A stretch of 62,844 bases of DNA, counting the filler. It is 6 parts of 6 records of this genome, joined end to end, with 100 filler letters (N's around TTAATTAATTAA, not from the genome) between each part and the next. Parts side by side here need not be neighbours in the genome. Positions count along the whole stretch, not along the records: positions 56,845 to 62,844 come from SRR31156797_1800; 5 more parts are not named here. One strand, 5' to 3'. Made by a program: the position numbers and the translations under genes. A model generated the notes under the pieces. The model saw only the letters and a list, made by a program, of their open reading frames with translations. It did not search any database and was not told the DNA's origin. Every line of letters starts with the position of its first letter. Within the stretch, counting starts at the first letter, position 1. Shown here piece by piece: positions 56,845 through 62,844 of the stretch.

Positions 56845-58751
56845 ATAGAAACCTTGTTTGAAGACACCCGCGTTCCGTCATGTGGAGACAAAATGGTCAC
56901 GACCGGGGGCAGAATCTTTGTTAAATCCTGTTCCCGCTTTCTCGTCCTGGATTCCGCATCCGCCAGCTTAACGGCCCTGGATTCGTCCAAAGTTTCCAAA
57001 ACCCTGGCAACCACGTCCGGCCGGTACCGGGCCTTGCGAAACCTGGAGGATGGAAAAAAGTCGGCCTCATGATTTTCCCCACGGTTCACATGCCAGCCCA
57101 CCAGTTCATCCCCGCCGGGCGAAGCATCGTAATACCCCGAAGGCGTCCACAGCACCCAGCGCTTTTTGTCCCGGTGTGGAAAAAAGGCCAGCAGTTCCCG
57201 GCCGTCAGACATGCGATACCAACGGATTGTCCCGTCGCCAAACGCGGCCGCAGCGACTTTACCGTTAGCCGCAATGTTCACAGCCCAGGCTGCTCCTGGC
57301 GCATCAGCATTCCACTTCTCCCGGCCCTGGCGGTCAAAGAACCTTAGATACCACTCCGTACCCAACAGGAATCCCTTGCCGTCCGGCGAAAAAGCCAGGC
57401 TTCGTGACCTTTCATATTTTTCCAGGTTAAGTTTTTTACCGTTCAGCTTGGGATTGTAAGAGTCCTCCCATTCCGTGACCTGAAGCCCCTGTGCGGAAAG
57501 CAGTGGGGCTTTCAGGTTTTTGTCTCGAGAATTCAAAGTCAGGCTTCGATCTTCAATGGAGAAAACGGCCGGGGATTTGCTCTCATAATCAAAGCCAAAG
57601 CTAACCCGGTTTCCGTCGGATGAGAGCTTTAATTTACCCAGCAGCCCCCTGTAATCAGAAGTTGAAGGTTTCTTAAAATGATTCATTTCTCCATTGGATG
57701 CGACCACCCCCCAGGCCGGATCGCCGCTCCCAAAGACCAATTTCTGGTTCTTAAGAGGCCGCAGGTCCATGACTGTATTATTGGGTCCAGGGAGTTGGAC
57801 TCTCGCCCCCTGTCCCGCATTGGCCCATTTGATAATTGGACAAACACTGTTTTTAATATATCTACCGGCTGCATAAAGATATCGACCGTCTTTGGACCAG
57901 CATACACTGCTTATATAGCCGTTATTCAAACCGAATGTGTCGGGGCTGTATAGCAGGGACAGATCACTGGCAGAAAGCACGTTCACCTTCACGGAATTAT
58001 AAAAACCAACCGCGATCCTGGTTCCGTCAGGCGAAAAAACCGCGGAATAGGGATGGCTGCCGCCGGGCGTTTTTTTTTGAGCGATTTTCCTGAATCCTTT
58101 TTCATATAGCCGGATATAACCATCATAACAGGTTGTCGCCATACGGCCGCGCTGGTCGAAATCAACCCAATAGCTTCTGCTTCCGTAATCAGTATCCTTA
58201 AAAACAAGCTTATAGTCGGGCATACTAAAGACCCGAATACCTCCGGAACCAAATGTTGCTGCCAAGTATCGTCCATCAGAAGACCAGGCCAAGTGTGAAA
58301 TCACATCGGGCAAACCGGTCAAACGGCGCAACAGGCGGCCTGTTCCACGATCAAATATGTAAATGGTGGCATGACCGCTGCTTGCCCCCAGTGTAGTATA
58401 CCCGCCGCAGGCAATGGTGCTGCCGTCAGGAGAAATAGCAACACTATAAACCTTTCCTTCATCACCCGTTCCCATTGGCGGACGCAGAACCTTGAGCAAC
58501 CGGCCGGAAGCCAAGTCCCAGACCCGCACGGTCTTGTCCAGGGAGGCGGTGACCAGATATTTTCCCGCTGCATCCACGCCAATACTCCTGATAGAGGCCG
58601 TGTGCATTCCCGTTTCCAGGCGGAGCGTGGGATCGGATGGGGCGCTTGCCGCCCATACAGCCGGTTTGCCGGCGGCTGCAAATCCAATAAGAATAACGGC
58701 CAGAAAGATGTATTTGAGGTTCATTACCAGTTTCAATTTACGACCAGACAT
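56845..58751 (-). CDS. Exported WD40 beta-propeller protein, truncated (C-terminal domain unseen)
   Basis: Signal peptide, TASLDKTVRVWD, AISPDG, AFSPDG, DGTIRWY, W.LWTPSGYYDAS, PPVVTILSP; start uncertain (58802, 58751 or 58724). Confidence 0.88.
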
Positions 58752-58830
58752 TATGAGGCCCCCTGGAATTTGTCTTTGCATATAAACACCATTACTTCCC
58801 ACTGTATCAACTCACTTCCCCTCGCGATCG

Positions 58831-58856
58831 TGGATTCCTGCTTTCGCAGGAATTAC
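58831..58856. repeat. REP-like palindrome
   Basis: TGG-ATTCCTGC-TTTC-GCAGGAAT-TAC. Confidence 0.6.
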
Positions 58857-58928
58857 GTTTTGGACGCTGTATGTAAAGAGGAGGCGACGCAGACTGCATT
58901 TCGGCGCCGACAGCATCGCCTTCCCCCA

Positions 58929-60764
58929 CTATTTCCCCATACTACCCGGCGAGAAGTCCAATTCCCGCAAACGCTTATCGTCCCTGACGATCAGGCGCCA
59001 TTTTTCATCCGTCAACCGATCATTCATGGGATGCTTAAATTCAAATCGGCTGAAAAGAGCGCCCCTGGCTTTTTCACCTTCCAGTTCCTTGTAAACCATG
59101 CAAGGCAAACCAATAGCTTCTTCCAGAACCTGCCCGCCGGTCGGTTCGGTGTGCACGTCTACCACAATTGGCTTGTCACGGGTAATGACCAGAGGCAGCA
59201 ATTCCTTATCGAGCCGGTTAAGAAAAGCAACTTCATTTTCCTTTAACGGTTCCCCGTTTTTTTCTTTTTCGGAAATAATAGTGCATTGATTAAGAATCCC
59301 GGCCAGCCGGGCCAGCCTGTCGCTTTTAAAGCGCTTATTCATTTTAATGACCTGGTTTTCCAGGGCCCGATACAGATTCGGCGCCGGCTCAATCCAGGCC
59401 CTGGTTCTTTCCGGGCTTATGGCCAGGCCCTTGCCGGCCAGGGTATACGACTGTTTGTCGTAGAGAGTATTTATATATCGGAGGTAAGTCCAGAAAGCCA
59501 AACAGGTGTTGAGGCGGCGCCCCTCATCAGGATGGTTGTCGTTTCCCTTGATCAGCCAATCGCTCAAAAGCGCCAGGTGGTCGGAAGAAGCTCCCGCAGG
59601 CAGGTTGAGCATTTCTCCTGCCCTGGCAAAAGCCCGTTCATAACCCTGATAATTTCTTTCGTCATTGGCGTCCAGGCTATTGGCGGCCCTTTTCGACCCC
59701 AAAAGAGCCATTAATTCAAGGGCCATGGGGAAGCCTTTAACCGGCTGCCCTTCAATCACGGCCAGGGTGAATGGAATCTTTTTACCTTTGTAATTTTTGA
59801 CGCTGTCATAAACCAGTTTCTGAAAGGCTGCGCTGTCCGGGGAAAACCGCTGGGGAATGAATCTCCATCCGGTCAGGACGTCTTTGGGCGCCAGGCCGTT
59901 TTCGAGAAAGGACCGGTTGACGACAGCCGATATAATCCTTGGCTGCCGGTTTTCCTTTGCAGCCAGCTTTAACAGGGCGGCGCGAAAATCCTTTATGGGC
60001 GCATCCTTTAATTCCCGGGAAACTTTTATGTAGTCTGCAATGGTCAGATCCTCGGCCGGGCCGAAAATCCAGTTAAGGTCGTCTTCAAATTTATTATAGG
60101 TCTCGAGCAGGTTTTCATCCTTGGTTATAAGCCGGGCCAGGGCCAGGGCCTGCCTTGTCAATCGATCCGCCTGCGGGGCGGTAATGCCGGTTGATTTGCT
60201 GTCCCGTACCGGGAAAAGAACTGTTCCCGCGTATTTCACGGCCTTAAAATAACGCCCCAGAGCATCGCTCCTGGTGTATTTTCCCCGGATTTTGAATTGG
60301 CTGTAATCGATCTTTTGCAGCATAAGACCGGAAACAGAAAGGCCGGCGGCCTTTCGAACCCTGTTCAATTCATCCGCCGCCATTTCCATATTCAAAGCTT
60401 TTGACGGTTTGTCTTCCCCATTGAGCAGGGCGTGTAAAACAGCCAGAAAATCAATATTGGCCCGGGCCGCGTCATCCTGGTCGACGCCGGCTTTGATTTT
60501 GGCCATAATTTTTTCAACCAGTAATTGAAACTCGGGCAGCAGGCTTCGCTCCTCTAATTCAGTGACAAATTCGCTATAGACCATGCAATAGGCCAGGATG
60601 ATAAAATCCTCGGTTATATAGTTTGGCACGCCCAAGTCCCTGTTATTTTCATACAGGTCGAACATTCCTTCCGGTTTCTCAACCATTGCCCGGGCAGTCC
60701 CGCAGCCCAAAAGAATAAGGCAAAACAGGACCAGGGCGCCGGTATTTATTATTCTTCGGCTCAT
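58929..60764 (-). CDS. DUF3160-family lipoprotein
   Basis: LLGC lipobox; YITED, RGKYT...LGRYF, WTYLR...LYDKQSY, DVHTEP..QVLE, RLTDEKW; likely start ATG 60764. Confidence 0.8.
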   Translation of the reverse strand: MSRRIINTGALVLFCLILLGCGTARAMVEKPEGMFDLYENNRDLGVPNYITEDFIILAYCMVYSEFVTELEERSLLPEFQLLVEKIMAKIKAGVDQDDAARANIDFLAVLHALLNGEDKPSKALNMEMAADELNRVRKAAGLSVSGLMLQKIDYSQFKIRGKYTRSDALGRYFKAVKYAGTVLFPVRDSKSTGITAPQADRLTRQALALARLITKDENLLETYNKFEDDLNWIFGPAEDLTIADYIKVSRELKDAPIKDFRAALLKLAAKENRQPRIISAVVNRSFLENGLAPKDVLTGWRFIPQRFSPDSAAFQKLVYDSVKNYKGKKIPFTLAVIEGQPVKGFPMALELMALLGSKRAANSLDANDERNYQGYERAFARAGEMLNLPAGASSDHLALLSDWLIKGNDNHPDEGRRLNTCLAFWTYLRYINTLYDKQSYTLAGKGLAISPERTRAWIEPAPNLYRALENQVIKMNKRFKSDRLARLAGILNQCTIISEKEKNGEPLKENEVAFLNRLDKELLPLVITRDKPIVVDVHTEPTGGQVLEEAIGLPCMVYKELEGEKARGALFSRFEFKHPMNDRLTDEKWRLIVRDDKRLRELDFSPGSMGK

Positions 60765-60840
60765 ATTCAAGCCTTGCCTTTCTGATTTACAATCATTTTT
60801 CCGCCCCCGCGAGAGATCTGAATTTATTATAAATTTCCGC

Positions 60841-62268
60841 TTATTCAATAACAGTCGTAATACTTCCCGCCCCATATGGAAGTTGATTGGATTGTTTGGT
60901 CTCCACTTTAAAGCCTCTCATGCCTTTGTAAGAAAACAGGGACTTATCGGAAAAGATTTTGAACAGGTTATTATTGCCGTCGTAACCGTCTCTGTAAGCA
61001 TTAATTTCGCGCGTTGTGTGCAAAACAACCACCATGTTTTTTCCACGGGGCGGATTGGCCCTCAGAAGAAAACTGTCGCTAAGGGCGGGAATATTAATTT
61101 CAGCTCCGGCCGCGACCCGGTTATCCGGATGATGTTTATTGGGGAAGAGCACTGTCACATCCTTTTCTCCCTCGCTTACGGTCAAAACATTGATGTATCC
61201 GGCCATGGGAGACTTACAGGTTATGGTCAATCTGTCGCCCACTTTGTACCGATCCTGATTGGATGAAACTTCAACTTTATATTTCGCGCCCGATGTAATG
61301 TTTTCCAATTCCGCCCATGAATCCTTTTGCTCTACAGGCATTGGAGTGCGTTTATCCCCTCCCGGTGTTTTAAAAAGATTCATATCTGCATACTTTTTTA
61401 CATTTCCATATAATTGCGGGTGGTGCATTTTACTGGGACTGGAAACAGTGCTGCCGATAAACTTTTCCGATTCGGCGAGCAGGCCGTTCATGGTCAATTT
61501 TCTTCCGGCGGCGCCCGCTCTTTTTACGGAATCCAGAATAGCCCTGGTGAACAGGCTCCCCTGCTTTGTGGCGATTGCTTTTTCATCATCACGGGCCGCA
61601 CTAAGGGATATAAAATTCAGTTCAGCCCCGGCTTTCTTTTCCACGGCAAACGTTCCCTCGGTCATTTTCAGCGGCATTCCGGGATAATAGAAAAATTTAT
61701 GAAAAAGATCCGGCTGCCCGGTTGTTTCTTCCAGGGTCATCCCCTTGAATAAAAGCCCCTTTGTCGCCGTGCCGCTGTGACAGGCGTCAATGAACACCAT
61801 CACGACGCGGGCTTTTATTTGAGAGAGCAGTCTGCTGAAATCATCATCCAAAAGCACCCCCGTCAAACCGCCGCCGGACACCTTGGCGTCGTGCGCCAAA
61901 AGCACTTCATCCACGTGGTCTTGCGTCTCATCCTTGTTTTTATCCGGGACAAATGATCCGTGTCCGCTAAAATAAAAAAGAACCCGGTCATTGCTTGTCG
62001 CGTCATTTACAAGCCATTGTTTCATGGACTTCTTTATATTTTCCGCTCCGGCCTGCCCGTCCATCAAAACCTTGACCTTCTTGAAACCAAGCAGGGAGGC
62101 GACTTTTTTCATGGAGCTTATGTCTTTTTCTATGCCCGGCAGGTTTGCATTGGCTTTTTGATATTTTCCCACGCCGATCAGCAGGGCCCGATCTTCAGCC
62201 CCTGCCATATGGGGCGACATAGCCCAAAACACGATCCAGATAATGAGAAAGAAAACAGACAGCCTCAT
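60841..62268 (-). CDS. Secreted caspase-family (C14) peptidase with C-terminal DUF4384
   Basis: Signal peptide, RALLIGV, FSGHGS, FIDACHSG, GSLFT; YKVGD.L......GY...VLFPN; AAGGAGG RBS. Confidence 0.9.
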   Translation of the reverse strand: MRLSVFFLIIWIVFWAMSPHMAGAEDRALLIGVGKYQKANANLPGIEKDISSMKKVASLLGFKKVKVLMDGQAGAENIKKSMKQWLVNDATSNDRVLFYFSGHGSFVPDKNKDETQDHVDEVLLAHDAKVSGGGLTGVLLDDDFSRLLSQIKARVVMVFIDACHSGTATKGLLFKGMTLEETTGQPDLFHKFFYYPGMPLKMTEGTFAVEKKAGAELNFISLSAARDDEKAIATKQGSLFTRAILDSVKRAGAAGRKLTMNGLLAESEKFIGSTVSSPSKMHHPQLYGNVKKYADMNLFKTPGGDKRTPMPVEQKDSWAELENITSGAKYKVEVSSNQDRYKVGDRLTITCKSPMAGYINVLTVSEGEKDVTVLFPNKHHPDNRVAAGAEINIPALSDSFLLRANPPRGKNMVVVLHTTREINAYRDGYDGNNNLFKIFSDKSLFSYKGMRGFKVETKQSNQLPYGAGSITTVIE

Positions 62269-62584
62269 CAGGCCCTCCTTTTTAATAAATATTCCGCCAA
62301 GCCGAATAAGGGCGTATTTAATTCATCGATAGCCTCTTGCCAGGAACGCTCAGGGCAAGGTCAAAAATAAAAACAAAGCGATCCATGGAACAGAATAAGT
62401 AAAATCGCTTTTTCCACATTGGCGTTCTCCTCTGCTTTGAAAATTGCCCGATATTCAAATGCTATTATTGTTAGACGGACGCCGCTCCCTTTTCGGCGCC
62501 GTTTTGGAGCAAATTTTGTTTTATTAAACGGAATTGCTAAATCTTAATAAGATTATATGACCTTAAATTTGCCCCCCGTATATT

Positions 62585-62844
62585 TCAGACGCTTTCGTTC
62601 TCCAGCCATGATGCCGGCCTCGCACCACTTCTGCGCGCTTGTCTTTCCAGTAGACGCAAAATGGATCCAATGCAAAATTTAGTAATCAGCAGCGAGGCGG
62701 AAGCCCAACCGATCTTTATCCAGGAACGGAGCCCATTCGTCGCGACTTGCCGAACGGCACTTACTCGCACGGCTGAACCAGTGTCCCCCGCGAATAACCC
62801 GATCCTCACCAGATAAAGGGCCGGAAGGATCGACAACAGGCCCC
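62585..62844 (-). CDS. Hypothetical protein, C-terminal fragment
   Basis: Open frame to the window edge only; no recognised motif. Confidence 0.3.
   Translation of the reverse strand, partial: GLLSILPALYLVRIGLFAGDTGSAVRVSAVRQVATNGLRSWIKIGWASASLLITKFCIGSILRLLERQARRSGARPASWLENESV

Noticed and set aside
58371-59246. 291-aa plus-strand ORF
   Set aside because: Antisense to the WD40 and DUF3160 genes, both of which have clear motifs

Overview
This window is not one chromosome. It is six unrelated contigs joined by 100-nt N/TTAATTAATTAA spacers (25693-25792, 36341-36440, 44865-44964, 51329-51428, 56745-56844), so nothing can be inferred from adjacency across a spacer. Taxon calls are inferred from gene content and composition only. 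Contig 1 (1-25692, Desulfovibrionaceae-like) carries a LytS/LytTR pair, an MscS-like gene, and a 7-gene minus-strand operon. That operon encodes a MotA-like protein, TolC, a 2591-aa Ig-repeat adhesin, a MotB/SiiA-like protein, an ABC transporter, HlyD and a membrane PAS protein with a degenerate HD-GYP domain. It is followed by psd, a nitroreductase with HxlR, a thioredoxin-ccdA cluster and a tRNA 3' end. Contig 2 (Alphaproteobacteria-like) has a mini flagellar-rod protein, an orphan Panacea protein, a 9-gene Mrp antiporter operon and a THI5/NMT1 ABC system. Contig 3 (Bacteroidota-like) has a Gfo/Idh/MocA oxidoreductase, queF, a CDF transporter, a LytTR two-component system, a mini MotA-like gene, a serine hydrolase, a LAB_N protein and rnc. 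Contig 4 (Desulfobacterales-like) has the gdhA start, a receiver/PPDK_N protein and a TPP riboswitch with thiBP. Contig 5 has mocA-like/yqeC, TetR, an atypical OYE flavoenzyme, a V4R-like protein and a ferredoxin. Contig 6 has a secreted caspase-DUF4384 protein, a DUF3160 lipoprotein and a WD40 protein. The best candidate for a new system is the SPI-4 (SiiABCDEF)-like adhesin operon, which has split stator genes, a catalytically dead HD-GYP receptor and no LapG-type protease. Runners-up are the OYE module with a lost NAD(P)H motif and an adjacent ferredoxin, the secreted caspase cluster, and a probable ATC start codon in the mrp operon.
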